A DNA stretch of 64,000 bases from an uncultured Acidimicrobiia bacterium (GTDB taxonomy: Bacteria; Acidobacteriota; Terriglobia; Versatilivoradales; Versatilivoraceae): the NCBI GenBank assembly GCA_963786955.1, contig CAWBAT010000006.1, forward strand, positions 928,001-992,000. Reading direction: 5' to 3'. Shown piece after piece: positions 9,718 to 19,735 of the stretch. The notes under the pieces are model-generated. The model was not told the origin of the DNA. It worked only from the letters and a program-made list of their open reading frames with translations, and did not search any database. Within the stretch, counting starts at the first letter, position 1. Every line of letters starts with the position of its first letter. Made by a program: the position numbers and the translations under genes.

Positions 9718-10665
9718 ATGAAAATACTGGTCACAGGAGGAGCCGGCTTCATCGGTTCCCACATTGTAGACGCTTACTTGTCCGCCGGCCACGAGGTCTC
9801 GGTGGTAGACGACCTGTCATCAGGTTTTCGGCACAACCTACCAGAAGGCGTTCTTCTCTATGAAGTCGATATTCGCGGCAGCCAGCTAGCGGAAGTCTTT
9901 GATGCCGTGAGGCCGGAAATTGTTAATCATCAAGCGGCCCGGGCTAACGTTCGAGAGTCATTTGAGAAACCGTTACTGTATGCGGATGTCAACGTCCTCG
10001 GTTCCGTTAACGTCCTTGAGTGTTGTCGGATGTATAGGGTAAGAAAGGTGATCTATGCTTCCACCGGCGGAGCTGTCTATGGAGAACCTCAAGAGTTGCC
10101 GGTTTCGGAGGACCACCCCATCAATCCCCTGGATCCTTACGGTGCCAGCAAGCATCACGTTGAACACTACTTGCAACTCTATAACGTTAACTTCGGCATT
10201 CGCTTTACGGCTCTTCGCTATCCAAATGTTTACGGTCCGCGACAGGACCCCTTTGGAGAGGCGGGAGTGGTAGCCATCTTCACGGGCCAAATGTTGGATG
10301 GTCGTCAGCCCGTCATTAACGGGGCCGGAGAACAGCAGCGGGACTTCGTTCATGTTTCCGACGTAGCCAAGGCTAGCGTTTTGGCTCTAGATAAGGGTGA
10401 CAACGAGATTCTCAATATCGGCAGTGGCGCCGGGACATCGGTGAATACGATCTTCAAAACTCTCGCCGAATTGACCCACTTTCGAATGCCAGCGGTTCAC
10501 AGTCCGGCCAAGAAGGGAGAAGTCTACAAGATCTTCCTCCATTCAAATCGAGCTCAAAAAACGCTGGGCTGGCAACCCGAAATGTCGTTGAGACAGGGCC
10601 TTGCCGAAACGGTTGAGTTTTTCCGCAACGCCTTGCTGCCCGAAAGCATGGGAAACCTCCCTTAG
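9718..10665 (+). CDS. NAD-dependent epimerase/dehydratase (UDP-glucose 4-epimerase-like)
   Basis: MKILVTGGAGFIGSH, STGGAVYG, YGASK, RYPNVYGPRQ and RDFVHVSD motifs; AGGAG RBS upstream. Confidence 0.93.
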   Translation: MKILVTGGAGFIGSHIVDAYLSAGHEVSVVDDLSSGFRHNLPEGVLLYEVDIRGSQLAEVFDAVRPEIVNHQAARANVRESFEKPLLYADVNVLGSVNVLECCRMYRVRKVIYASTGGAVYGEPQELPVSEDHPINPLDPYGASKHHVEHYLQLYNVNFGIRFTALRYPNVYGPRQDPFGEAGVVAIFTGQMLDGRQPVINGAGEQQRDFVHVSDVAKASVLALDKGDNEILNIGSGAGTSVNTIFKTLAELTHFRMPAVHSPAKKGEVYKIFLHSNRAQKTLGWQPEMSLRQGLAETVEFFRNALLPESMGNLP

Positions 10666-10821
10666 CCGAGACTTGTTACCGAGAAGTGGGGACATCGCCT
10701 TTGTCTCCCTTGACAAGGGGGACTGACAGGGGGGTCCTTCCTGGGATTCGCTTCTTTATTATCAGCGAATTCCTTATGCCGTCAGTGGCGGCGCGTAAAG
10801 TGCTTGGAATGAGAATTCGAA

Positions 10822-12039
10822 ATGCCTGAAAAACGACAACGCGTTATCTTGCTTGTGCTCGACAGTGTTGGTTGCGGCGATGCACCAGATGCCGCGGCAT
10901 ATGGCGACGAGTCCTGCAACACTCTTGGCAATATTGCGCGAACTGTTGGAGGCTTGAAATTACTGAACCTGGCAAACATGGGCTTGGGCCACACAACCGA
11001 CATCGTGGGGGTTCCACCCTCAGATAAGCCCATTGGCGCCTACGGGCGTTTGACGGAGGTCAGCGCTGGGAAGGACACCACGACAGGGCATTGGGAGCTG
11101 GGTGGAGTCATCCTGGAAAAACCATTCCCTGTGTATCCCGCAGGCTTTCCGGTTGATTTCATCGAAGAGTACGAGGAACGTATCGGAAGGGAAACTCTCG
11201 GCAACTATCCAGCTTCGGGCACAGAGATCATCAAAGAGCTTGGCCCAGAGCATCTGCGCAGTGGCAGGCCCATTGTCTACACCTCAGCTGATAGCGTATT
11301 TCAGGTGGCTGCACACGAGGGCATTATTCCTGTTGATGAGTTATATCGTATCTGTCGGATTGCCCGTTCGTTGCTCACTGGTAAACATGCCGTTGGTCGG
11401 GTCATTGCCCGTCCATTCCTGGGTCAACCGGGGAATTTTCAACGAACGGAAAGACGACGGGACTTTAGCCTTGAGCCCCCGGACCCCACGATCTTGGACG
11501 TCGTCAAATCGTCAGGGCTCGACGTCATGGGTGTAGGGAAAATCGAAGACATCTTCGCCCACCGCGGGTTAACGATGAGCAACCATGCCGGTAACAATAT
11601 GGCGGGATTTGATGCCATCCTTGGATATATGGAAATGGATAAACCAGGTCTCGTTTTCGCGAACTTGGTTGACTTCGACGCTCTGTATGGTCATCGCAAC
11701 AACCCGAGCGGATACGCAGCCGCGCTGGAAATTTTCGATCGGCGTTTGCCGGAAATAATGCTCAGAATGAAGCGTGACGATGTGCTCATCATTACTGCCG
11801 ATCACGGTAACGATCCCACAACCAAAGGCACCGATCACTCCCGCGAGCGTGTGCCACTTCTGGTCATGGGGGAGCTGATTAGGCCGAACGTCAACCTGGG
11901 CACGCGCGAAACTTTCGCCGATGTTGCTTCCACGATCGCAGACATTCTAGGCCTCCCCTGGATGGGTCACGGGAATTCCTTTGCTCGAGACATTCTGTCA
12001 CGAGAAACCCAAGCACTAGCATCTGCCCAATTTGTCTAG
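10822..12039 (+). CDS. deoB: Phosphopentomutase
   Basis: [19 protein letters not shown] (catalytic Thr), [35 protein letters not shown] and [16 protein letters not shown] motifs. Confidence 0.95.
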   Translation: MPEKRQRVILLVLDSVGCGDAPDAAAYGDESCNTLGNIARTVGGLKLLNLANMGLGHTTDIVGVPPSDKPIGAYGRLTEVSAGKDTTTGHWELGGVILEKPFPVYPAGFPVDFIEEYEERIGRETLGNYPASGTEIIKELGPEHLRSGRPIVYTSADSVFQVAAHEGIIPVDELYRICRIARSLLTGKHAVGRVIARPFLGQPGNFQRTERRRDFSLEPPDPTILDVVKSSGLDVMGVGKIEDIFAHRGLTMSNHAGNNMAGFDAILGYMEMDKPGLVFANLVDFDALYGHRNNPSGYAAALEIFDRRLPEIMLRMKRDDVLIITADHGNDPTTKGTDHSRERVPLLVMGELIRPNVNLGTRETFADVASTIADILGLPWMGHGNSFARDILSRETQALASAQFV

Positions 12040-12121
12040 CACCCATATTCCCTTCCTCAGTTGAGGAGAAGTTCAGGGGTGGTTGTCCTCACAGATGATT
12101 CTAGCAACATCTAAAGAGCCT

Positions 12122-13300
12122 ATGAATATTTTGTTCCTCTCACGCTGGTACCCTGATCCGCCAGACAACGGCTCTAAGATGCGCATCTTCAACATACTGC
12201 GCGCTCTTTGCGAACGGCACAGCGTTACTCTACTCAGCTTCTTCAATCCTGGAGAGAACCTTCCGGCAGTCAACTATCCGAGCCCAGCACCAAAGGAGAT
12301 TCATGTCTGCTCATACCAGGAATTTAACCCACTTAGCCGTCGCGCGCTGCAAGGTTATTTGAGTTGTACGCCTCGCTACCTGGTGGACACCTATCGCCCG
12401 GAGATGGAAGCTCTCATCCGCTGGGCAATTCAAAAGAACCGGTTCGATCTCATTATTGCTTCGCAGCTATCGATGGCGTCCTACTTTAAGTACTTTCAAG
12501 GAATTCCCGCAATTTTCGAGGAAGCGGAACTTGGCATTTATTATCCAGATGAGGTTCAAGGGGGCCTTCTCTGGAATCGAATGAAGCGAAAACTTACCTG
12601 GGCAAAACATCGCAGGTTCATGGAACAAGTGCTCCAGAATTTCAAGCTGTGCACCGTGGCGTCAGAGGTTGAATGCAAGTTGCTTTCTGAGGCTGCCCCT
12701 TTCTACAGACCGGTGCATGTGGTTCCGAACAGCATCGATGTGGATGGGAGCTGCAGCAGATCGACCGTCAAGATTCCCGGCGCGTTAATATTTACCGGAT
12801 CACTTCGTTTTGCACCCAACTTCCAAGCGATGACGTGGTTCCTGCGAGATATTTATCCGAAGATTAGGTCCGAATTACCCTCTGTTCGACTAACGATTAC
12901 TGGAAGCCCAGGTTCCCGTCCGTTGCCACCTGCCGTAGACGTCGTGCAGACCGGTCGGATACCCGACGTACGCCCCGTGGTGGCAGCAGCGTCCGTCAGT
13001 GTAGCACCCATTCTTACTGGCGGTGGAACTCGTCTCAAGATCGTTGAGGCGATGGCGGTCCGCACACCAGTAGTCGCCACCACCAAGGCTGCTGAAGGGC
13101 TGGAAGTGAGAGACGGCGAGCATCTTTTAATTGCTGACACAAATGAAGACTTCGCCCGATTGGTGCTTAAACTTCTTCACGAACCATTGTACGCACAAGC
13201 CGTTGCTGAAAATGCGTTCAGGTTGGTCCAAGCTCGTTACAACTGGAAAGTCGTTCTCCCACATTTCATGCAACTCATCGATCAAACAGCTTATTCATGA
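12122..13300 (+). CDS. GT4 glycosyltransferase
   Basis: MNILFLSRWYPDPPDNGSKMR start (ATG 12122); APILTGGGTRLKIVEAMAVRTPVV motif. Confidence 0.9.
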   Translation: MNILFLSRWYPDPPDNGSKMRIFNILRALCERHSVTLLSFFNPGENLPAVNYPSPAPKEIHVCSYQEFNPLSRRALQGYLSCTPRYLVDTYRPEMEALIRWAIQKNRFDLIIASQLSMASYFKYFQGIPAIFEEAELGIYYPDEVQGGLLWNRMKRKLTWAKHRRFMEQVLQNFKLCTVASEVECKLLSEAAPFYRPVHVVPNSIDVDGSCSRSTVKIPGALIFTGSLRFAPNFQAMTWFLRDIYPKIRSELPSVRLTITGSPGSRPLPPAVDVVQTGRIPDVRPVVAAASVSVAPILTGGGTRLKIVEAMAVRTPVVATTKAAEGLEVRDGEHLLIADTNEDFARLVLKLLHEPLYAQAVAENAFRLVQARYNWKVVLPHFMQLIDQTAYS

Positions 13301-14508
13301 AGAGAGAGCCGACAAATCAAGACTTGAGAAATCCAATGAGTACAATTCCATTCAATCGGCCGACCATTGTTGGCAAGGAACTCTATTATATTTCCAAAGC
13401 CATTCACGAAGGCCACTCGGCAGGGGATGGAAATTTCACCAAGAAGTGCCATGACTTTCTGGAACGAGCGCTCGGTGTTCCCAATGTGCTGCTAACAACT
13501 TCCTGTACCGATGCCCTGGAAATGTCCGCTCTTTTGTTGGAGATCGGGCCAGGTGACGAGGTAATCGTCCCATCCTTCACCTTTGTCAGCACGGCCAATG
13601 CTTTTGTTCTCCGCGGGGCCAAACCCGTTTTCGCAGACATCCGTCCCGACACGCTGAACATGGATGAAACACAACTGGGACACTTGATCTCGCCGAACAC
13701 CAAGGCCATCGTACCTGTACATTATGCCGGCGTGGGCTGTGAAATGGACAAGATCTGTGGCATTGCTTCCCGACATAACATAGCTGTAGTTGAGGACAAT
13801 GCCCACGGCTTGTTCGGCAAATATAAGGGTAAATACTTGGGAACCTTTGGCGCTTTCGCCACGCAAAGCTTTCACGAAACAAAGAATTTCATTTGCGGGG
13901 AGGGCGGTGCGCTTGTCATCAACGATCGAAAGTACATTGAACGTGCCGAGATCATTCGCGAAAAGGGCACCAATCGGGGGCGTTTCTTCCGCGGCGAAGT
14001 GGATAAGTATACCTGGGTGGACGTGGGCTCCAGCCATCTTCCCTCCGATCTGCTCGCCGCTTTTCTTTACGCTCAACTGGAAGCCCGGGAGGAGATTCAA
14101 GCCAAACGCCGCAAAATCTGGGAATACTATTATGAAAACCTTAATGAGTGGGCAGAGATTCATGATATCCGCCTACCGGTCGTTCCCAGCTATTGCGAGC
14201 AACCGTATCACATGTTCTACCTGCTCCTGCCTTCCTTGGATGCTCGGCAGGCGCTCATTGAGCACTTGAAAGCAAGCAACATTTACAGTGTTTTTCACTA
14301 CCTACCTTTACATCTTTCTGATATGGGACGCCGGTTTGGCGGAAGACCAGGTGACTGCCCAGTGACAGAAAGCGTGAGCGATCGCCTGTTACGCTTGCCG
14401 TTCTATAACAACATGACAGAGTCTGACCAGGAAAGAGTGGTTAGTGCCATTAAAGCGATGCCTGTCCGTGTCCTCCGTAGCACTCTTCGTTTGGCCTCCC
14501 GAGCCTGA
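13297..14508 (+). CDS. rffA: dTDP-4-amino-4,6-dideoxygalactose transaminase (DegT/DnrJ family)
   Basis: IPFNRP, TTSCTDALEM, VHYAGVGCEM, SFHETKN (PLP Lys) and EKGTNR..FFRGEVDKYTWVD motifs characteristic of WecE/RffA. Confidence 0.92.
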   Translation: MKREPTNQDLRNPMSTIPFNRPTIVGKELYYISKAIHEGHSAGDGNFTKKCHDFLERALGVPNVLLTTSCTDALEMSALLLEIGPGDEVIVPSFTFVSTANAFVLRGAKPVFADIRPDTLNMDETQLGHLISPNTKAIVPVHYAGVGCEMDKICGIASRHNIAVVEDNAHGLFGKYKGKYLGTFGAFATQSFHETKNFICGEGGALVINDRKYIERAEIIREKGTNRGRFFRGEVDKYTWVDVGSSHLPSDLLAAFLYAQLEAREEIQAKRRKIWEYYYENLNEWAEIHDIRLPVVPSYCEQPYHMFYLLLPSLDARQALIEHLKASNIYSVFHYLPLHLSDMGRRFGGRPGDCPVTESVSDRLLRLPFYNNMTESDQERVVSAIKAMPVRVLRSTLRLASRA

Positions 14509-14599
14509 CACAGTCGGCACTCTGTCCGCACTGATACCAGGCAATTCGAGAATGTCTCTCTCTTTTCCGTAATTTGAAAATCGAAGGAAGCCAGAAGTC

Positions 14600-15577
14600 T
14601 TGATTATCACCCAAACTCCATTGCGAATTAGTTTCTTTGGCGGCGGAACCGATTTTCCCCAGTTCTTCCTCCAGGAAGAGGGCCATGTCCTGAGTTCGGC
14701 GATCAACAAGTATATCTTTGTCATCATCAAGAAGAGGTTCGACGCCAAACTGCGAATCGGCTATACGAAGACCGAAATCGTAGACAACATTGATGACATT
14801 CAACATGAGCTGGTTCGCGAGTGTCTTCGCAAGACCGGAATTCGAAAAGGGGTAGAAATCACGACAATGGGAGACATTCCCTCCTCTGGCTCAGGTATGG
14901 GGTCTTCCAGTACCGTGACGGTGGGTTTGCTCAACGCGATGTATCATTACCTCAACGAGCCAAGGGAACCTGAGACTCTAGCCCGAGAGGCATGCGAGAT
15001 TGAGCTGAATATTTTGGGAAAACCCATAGGCATGCAAGATCAATACATCGCTGCATACGGGGGCCAGCGTTTCATCTCTTTTGCCCGGGATGGGCGGGTC
15101 GTTGTCGAATCGCTCGGCCTGGAGGACGAGTCTTGGCGGCGTCTAAGTCAAAACTTGCTGCTTTTCTTCACCAATGGCACTCGCAAAGCGGAAACCATAC
15201 TGTCAGAGCAAGTGAGCAACATCAATCTGAAGCTCGACATCCTGAGAGAAATGAAGAAATTGGCCTTCATCGCCAAAGAGAGCCTGAGATCTGGCTCCTT
15301 TGAAGATTTCGGAAGACTGTTGCATGAAGGGTGGCAACTCAAGAAACAAATGGCCAGCAAGATATCCAACGGTATGATTGATGAAATCTATCAAAGCGCG
15401 TTGAAAGCCGGTGCTGTGGGCGGCAAGATTACTGGGGCGGGAGGAGGCGGATTTCTGTTGCTCTACTGTCCTCCGGACCGCCAGCAGGCTGTCCGCACTG
15501 TTCTTCGAACTCTGCCCGAACTCATATTCAATGTTGAACGGGCTGGCACCAAGGTGATTTTTGACTATTCCCGTTAG
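14600..15577 (+). CDS. hddA: GHMP kinase, D-glycero-alpha-D-manno-heptose-7-phosphate kinase-like
   Basis: [29 protein letters not shown] and [12 protein letters not shown] motifs; co-located with gmhA and hddC homologues. Confidence 0.85.
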   Translation: MIITQTPLRISFFGGGTDFPQFFLQEEGHVLSSAINKYIFVIIKKRFDAKLRIGYTKTEIVDNIDDIQHELVRECLRKTGIRKGVEITTMGDIPSSGSGMGSSSTVTVGLLNAMYHYLNEPREPETLAREACEIELNILGKPIGMQDQYIAAYGGQRFISFARDGRVVVESLGLEDESWRRLSQNLLLFFTNGTRKAETILSEQVSNINLKLDILREMKKLAFIAKESLRSGSFEDFGRLLHEGWQLKKQMASKISNGMIDEIYQSALKAGAVGGKITGAGGGGFLLLYCPPDRQQAVRTVLRTLPELIFNVERAGTKVIFDYSR

Positions 15578-15766
15578 ATCGCTCGAACAATTGCATTGGG
15601 TAGCGTGCGAGGCGCGCAGTGCCGGGGAAAAAGGTGCAAGGCTGGATTATTAGAATACCAAGGAAAACGAAGTTAGGAATACGTTAGTGGACAGTCGCCT
15701 GCTCTTTACCGTGCAGAGTCCACAGATGCTCCAAACAACGAACGGTTTTAAAGGAGGACTAGAGCC

Positions 15767-16888
15767 ATGTGGCTTGCCGCTGTGATCATCGTCAGCATAT
15801 GCATGATATTGGCCCCAGAAGTTTTGGGGCAGAAGAAGAGTGAAAATGCCAAACAGTTGCGTGCCTGGTCCCTGAAATCGGGTCCCGGGGCCCCCCATAA
15901 CATCCTTCCTTCCGGTGAGATAAGCCAAACGACCGAAACGGCTCCGTTTCTTCGCATACCCAAACTCTCCTCGGATTATTTACTTGGTGAAGGAGACCGG
16001 TTAGACATCAAGATCGTTGGAGGCGGCGGGCTCAACGACTCACTCCAATCATTTACCATCAGCAATTCCGGCGAAATCTCAATTCCCTATCTCGGACCTG
16101 TTCAGGCCGCCGGTTTGACCTCTGGACAACTAGAAGAAAAGGTTTCCTCGCTCTTTACCGAAAAGCAGCTTCTCAAACAAGCAGATGTGCTCGTGTACAT
16201 TACTGACTATAAGGCTAAGCCATTCTTCATCACTGGCGAGGTCGATAATCCCGGTGAGTACATCATGTCGCAGGATCTGACGCTCATGGAGGGGATTTTG
16301 ATGGCTGGGGGAATCGACCCGGGAGCCGATAGTTTTGGTTATCTTCACCGGCGGAAATCCCGGGGAGAACCTAATCTGGAGCCCGCTCGTGCAGCACGGA
16401 ACCCTTCCGTTGGAGAACCCGGTGTGGAAGTGATCAAGATCGATCTAAGACCGCTGAAGAAAGGGGGTGTCCCAAACCCCGACATCCTGCTTCGAAAAGG
16501 AGATGTCCTGGTGATTCCAAAGAGCCGGGACATGCGCTTTTACGTGGTTGGGGACGTCAGGTCACCGGGGGCAGTGGAAATTCCTCCACCTCCGGAGAGA
16601 GCAATCATGGTGTCTCAAGCGATCGCCCAAGTGGGAGGGCCCAGCAAGACGGCAAAGATGAGCCAGGGGATGCTCATACGTTATAACGAGAAAGATGGCA
16701 GCCGGGAGGAGAAGAAAGTTGATTTTGCTGCCATACTGAAGGGCAAACAACCCGATTTTGAGATTCGTCCTAACGACATCATATTCATCCCAGGCAGCAA
16801 CGTGAAAACGCTCGGATACGGCCTCTTGGGGGCAGTTCCAGGGGCTGTCCAATCAGCTTCCACACAAAATATGTCAGTCCGGCATTAA
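15767..16888 (+). CDS. Polysaccharide export protein (Wza/OPX-like, Poly_export + SLBB domains) 1
   Basis: Signal peptide, DYLLGEGDRLDI, GEISIPYLGPVQAAGLT, GEVDNPG and SLBB repeats. Confidence 0.88.
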   Translation: MWLAAVIIVSICMILAPEVLGQKKSENAKQLRAWSLKSGPGAPHNILPSGEISQTTETAPFLRIPKLSSDYLLGEGDRLDIKIVGGGGLNDSLQSFTISNSGEISIPYLGPVQAAGLTSGQLEEKVSSLFTEKQLLKQADVLVYITDYKAKPFFITGEVDNPGEYIMSQDLTLMEGILMAGGIDPGADSFGYLHRRKSRGEPNLEPARAARNPSVGEPGVEVIKIDLRPLKKGGVPNPDILLRKGDVLVIPKSRDMRFYVVGDVRSPGAVEIPPPPERAIMVSQAIAQVGGPSKTAKMSQGMLIRYNEKDGSREEKKVDFAAILKGKQPDFEIRPNDIIFIPGSNVKTLGYGLLGAVPGAVQSASTQNMSVRH

Positions 16889-16971
16889 GCCATTCTAACT
16901 ACCAATAGAATCCCGACTCATATGGCTGCAAGCGCTCAATTGATATAGCCGAAACGGTTCAAGGAGGAATA

Positions 16972-17961
16972 ATGCATTGTCTCATACTTTTGTTTTTGAT
17001 GGTTTGTCCGGCTTTTCCGCAAGAGTTGAATAAACAGTCAGAAACGGAGTCGGCTCTGCAAGACCAGAAGGATTATCACCTGGGCCCTGCCGATGTTTTG
17101 ACGATTAGTGTGGTTGGATTGAAGGAGTTTACTCAACCACTGCAACCTTGGTTAGAGATCGTCGTCAGCAACTCCGGAAAGATTCACGTTCCATTTGTTG
17201 GCATTCTTAACGTCAATGACATGACACCTTCTGAGCTCGAATCCGAAATTACCCGCAGGCTGCGAGAACGAGACCTGGTGAAACAGCCTCAGGTCACCGT
17301 CCGAGTAAAAGATTATCGTGGCCACACCATCTACATCATCGGGGAAGTCATGCAGCCGGGGCAGTACTACATGAGAGACGACATGTACATGCTGGATCTG
17401 ATCGGTTTGAGTTTAGGTATCCCCACAGACGGCGTCATGTATTTGTATCGGCGCAGCCCCACTCAGACAAAGACGAAGGAAAGTGAATCCGATACCCAAC
17501 CAGCAACGGGGGAAACCGCCGTAGCCGAAGCCATTAAAATAGACATTAAAGCGCTGGCGGAAGGAAATCGGCCGGACTTAAACTTTCGCCTCCAAGGCGG
17601 CGATGTTCTCTACGTTCCATTTAATCGGCCCAAGTACTTTTATGCCACTGGAGACGTGCAAAATCCGGGCTCTTTTGAAATTCCTCCCAGCCGTCAACTC
17701 CTGATCTCCCAAGCCATTTCTTTTGCAGGTGGACCCACCAAAACAGCCAAAATGAGCAAGGGGTTCCTCGTGCGATACGATCAAGCGGGTACTCGACAAG
17801 AGATGGCGGTCGATTTTGCAGCGATCCTCAAAGGCAAAGAACCGGATTTCCCGGTGATGCCGAATGACATTCTTTTCATTCCCGGAAGTAACGCGAAGGA
17901 ATTGGGCTATGGCCTTTTGAACATAATACCCACTATCGCAACCATGTCTCTCGTTTATTAG
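16972..17961 (+). CDS. Polysaccharide export protein (Wza/OPX-like) 2
   Basis: Signal peptide, DYHLGPADVLTI, GKIHVPFVG and GEVMQPG motifs; AAGGAGG RBS; paralog of the upstream gene. Confidence 0.88.
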   Translation: MHCLILLFLMVCPAFPQELNKQSETESALQDQKDYHLGPADVLTISVVGLKEFTQPLQPWLEIVVSNSGKIHVPFVGILNVNDMTPSELESEITRRLRERDLVKQPQVTVRVKDYRGHTIYIIGEVMQPGQYYMRDDMYMLDLIGLSLGIPTDGVMYLYRRSPTQTKTKESESDTQPATGETAVAEAIKIDIKALAEGNRPDLNFRLQGGDVLYVPFNRPKYFYATGDVQNPGSFEIPPSRQLLISQAISFAGGPTKTAKMSKGFLVRYDQAGTRQEMAVDFAAILKGKEPDFPVMPNDILFIPGSNAKELGYGLLNIIPTIATMSLVY

Positions 17962-18139
17962 TGCTTGTTAGCAAACGAAATTATCTGCAGCGAATTTCCG
18001 ACAGTGCTGTTCTGAATGTCCTTCTACCTGAAGAGCAAATCGACCATTAGAAAAATGCGCGTAGGACTCTTCTCCCGCCGAGGAGATGCATATTCCCGAA
18101 CAGAGTAAGGAAATGATAGACAATTGAAAAAGGAGATCT

Positions 18140-18799
18140 ATGGATTTCATTGATGGATATCTTCGAGAGACTCAAAGAGTTCTGGCCGAGATGCCCAATG
18201 TAGCAATCATTCAGGTAGTTGGTCACCTGTTTGAAGCCTGGAAACACGGCAGGCAGGTCTTCATCTTCGGGAATGGTGGAAGTGCCTCCACGGCCTCTCA
18301 TATGGCGAATGATCTTTCCAAAGCAACGATCGTTTCGGGGAAGCAGCGAATGAGGGTCATCTCTCTGACCGACAACATTTCGATAATCACAGCCTGGGCT
18401 AATGACAGTTCTTATGAGTGGATCTTCAAGGAGCAATTGGAGAACCTCTTAGAAGGCGGGGATTTGGTCATTGGCATCAGCGCCAGCGGAAATTCTCCCA
18501 ACGTGCTTCGAGCCATGGAATTCGCCATGGATCAGGGTGCCGTTACCATTGGGTGGACAGGTCGCTCCGGTGGCCGCCTTAAAAACATGGTCGATCTTTG
18601 CGTCCATTCTCCCACCGATGACATGGGAATGATTGAGAGTACGCATTTGGTCCTCGACCATCTGGTTACAGGGGCGCTTCGAACATCTATTGAGACTGGG
18701 AAGATGATCCGGGGCCTCCCTGAAGCAGTCAGCAAGCGGGGTAACGGCAACGGTCATCGCCATATAGCCCTTTCGCTGGCTGCTCGTCGAGGAGGCTAA
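18140..18799 (+). CDS. gmhA: SIS-domain phosphoheptose isomerase
   Basis: FGNGGSASTASH, TAWAND.SYEWIF.EQL, ISASGNSPNVL and IESTHL motifs. Confidence 0.82.
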   Translation: MDFIDGYLRETQRVLAEMPNVAIIQVVGHLFEAWKHGRQVFIFGNGGSASTASHMANDLSKATIVSGKQRMRVISLTDNISIITAWANDSSYEWIFKEQLENLLEGGDLVIGISASGNSPNVLRAMEFAMDQGAVTIGWTGRSGGRLKNMVDLCVHSPTDDMGMIESTHLVLDHLVTGALRTSIETGKMIRGLPEAVSKRGNGNGHRHIALSLAARRGG

Positions 18800-18859
18800 A
18801 AGCTGTGTTGTTCTGCCGCTTTTGCTCTGTCTTAACTCCTTTCTAAACGGAAAAGGATC

Positions 18860-19606
18860 ATGAAGGCTTTCTTGTTGGCTGCTGGTTTGGGATCGCGGCT
18901 GCGTCCCATCACAGACCGGATCCCGAAGTGCCTCGTTCCCATTGGCGGTCAACCACTCCTCCAAGTTTGGCTGGGGCTTCTGGCAAAGCACGGTGTCCGG
19001 GAAGTTTTAATCAATACCCACCATCTTGCTGAACAAGTGCATGTGTTCGCATCAGGCTGGTTTGGTAATCCCAAGGTGCGCCTCTCTCACGAGGAGGTGC
19101 TTCTCGGGAGTGCGGGAACCCTGGCGAGAAACTGGGATTTCATTGCCGAAGAGGAGAGTTTCCTGGTGTGCTATGCCGACAACCTTACGAACATGAATCT
19201 CACTGAACTGGTCCAATTTCATCAAAAACATCGAGGATTAATTTCGTTGGCCTTGTTTCCCTCGACTAGGCCCCAGGAATGTGGAGTGGCAGAGATGGAC
19301 AGAAGTGCTCTGATCACCAGTTTCGAGGAAAAACCAACTGCTCCGAAATCATCGCTTGCCAACGCGGGCGTCTATGTGATGCGAGCGGGAGTCCGCTCTC
19401 ATTTGCCACTCTCGAAACCTGCAGACATTGGTTTTGACTTACTGCCGCGGTGTTTGGGTCAGATGTACGGTTGGCTGTGGCCGGGCTTGCTTATCGACAT
19501 TGGGAATCCCCGAGCCTATGCGCGCGCTCAGGAATTGTGGCCTGGGAAACAAATCACTTCAGGGCTGCCAAATGGCTGCTCAACGGGGTTGTGCTTCTTT
19601 GATTGA
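18860..19606 (+). CDS. Sugar-1-phosphate nucleotidyltransferase (HddC/mannose-1-P guanylyltransferase-like)
   Basis: LLAAGLGSRLRPITDRIPKCLVPI, LLGSAG, FEEKP and DIGNP motifs. Confidence 0.88.
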   Translation: MKAFLLAAGLGSRLRPITDRIPKCLVPIGGQPLLQVWLGLLAKHGVREVLINTHHLAEQVHVFASGWFGNPKVRLSHEEVLLGSAGTLARNWDFIAEEESFLVCYADNLTNMNLTELVQFHQKHRGLISLALFPSTRPQECGVAEMDRSALITSFEEKPTAPKSSLANAGVYVMRAGVRSHLPLSKPADIGFDLLPRCLGQMYGWLWPGLLIDIGNPRAYARAQELWPGKQITSGLPNGCSTGLCFFD

Positions 19607-19735
19607 CTTGGGCTCCAGTAAGAAAAGAGCCCAGGGCTCTAGAGTCTGCTTCTCAACCAGGGACCACAACAAAAGCTTGAATTCAGGTACTGGGAACAAT
19701 ACTGGGTGCCACAAACACGAATACGAGTTTGATCA

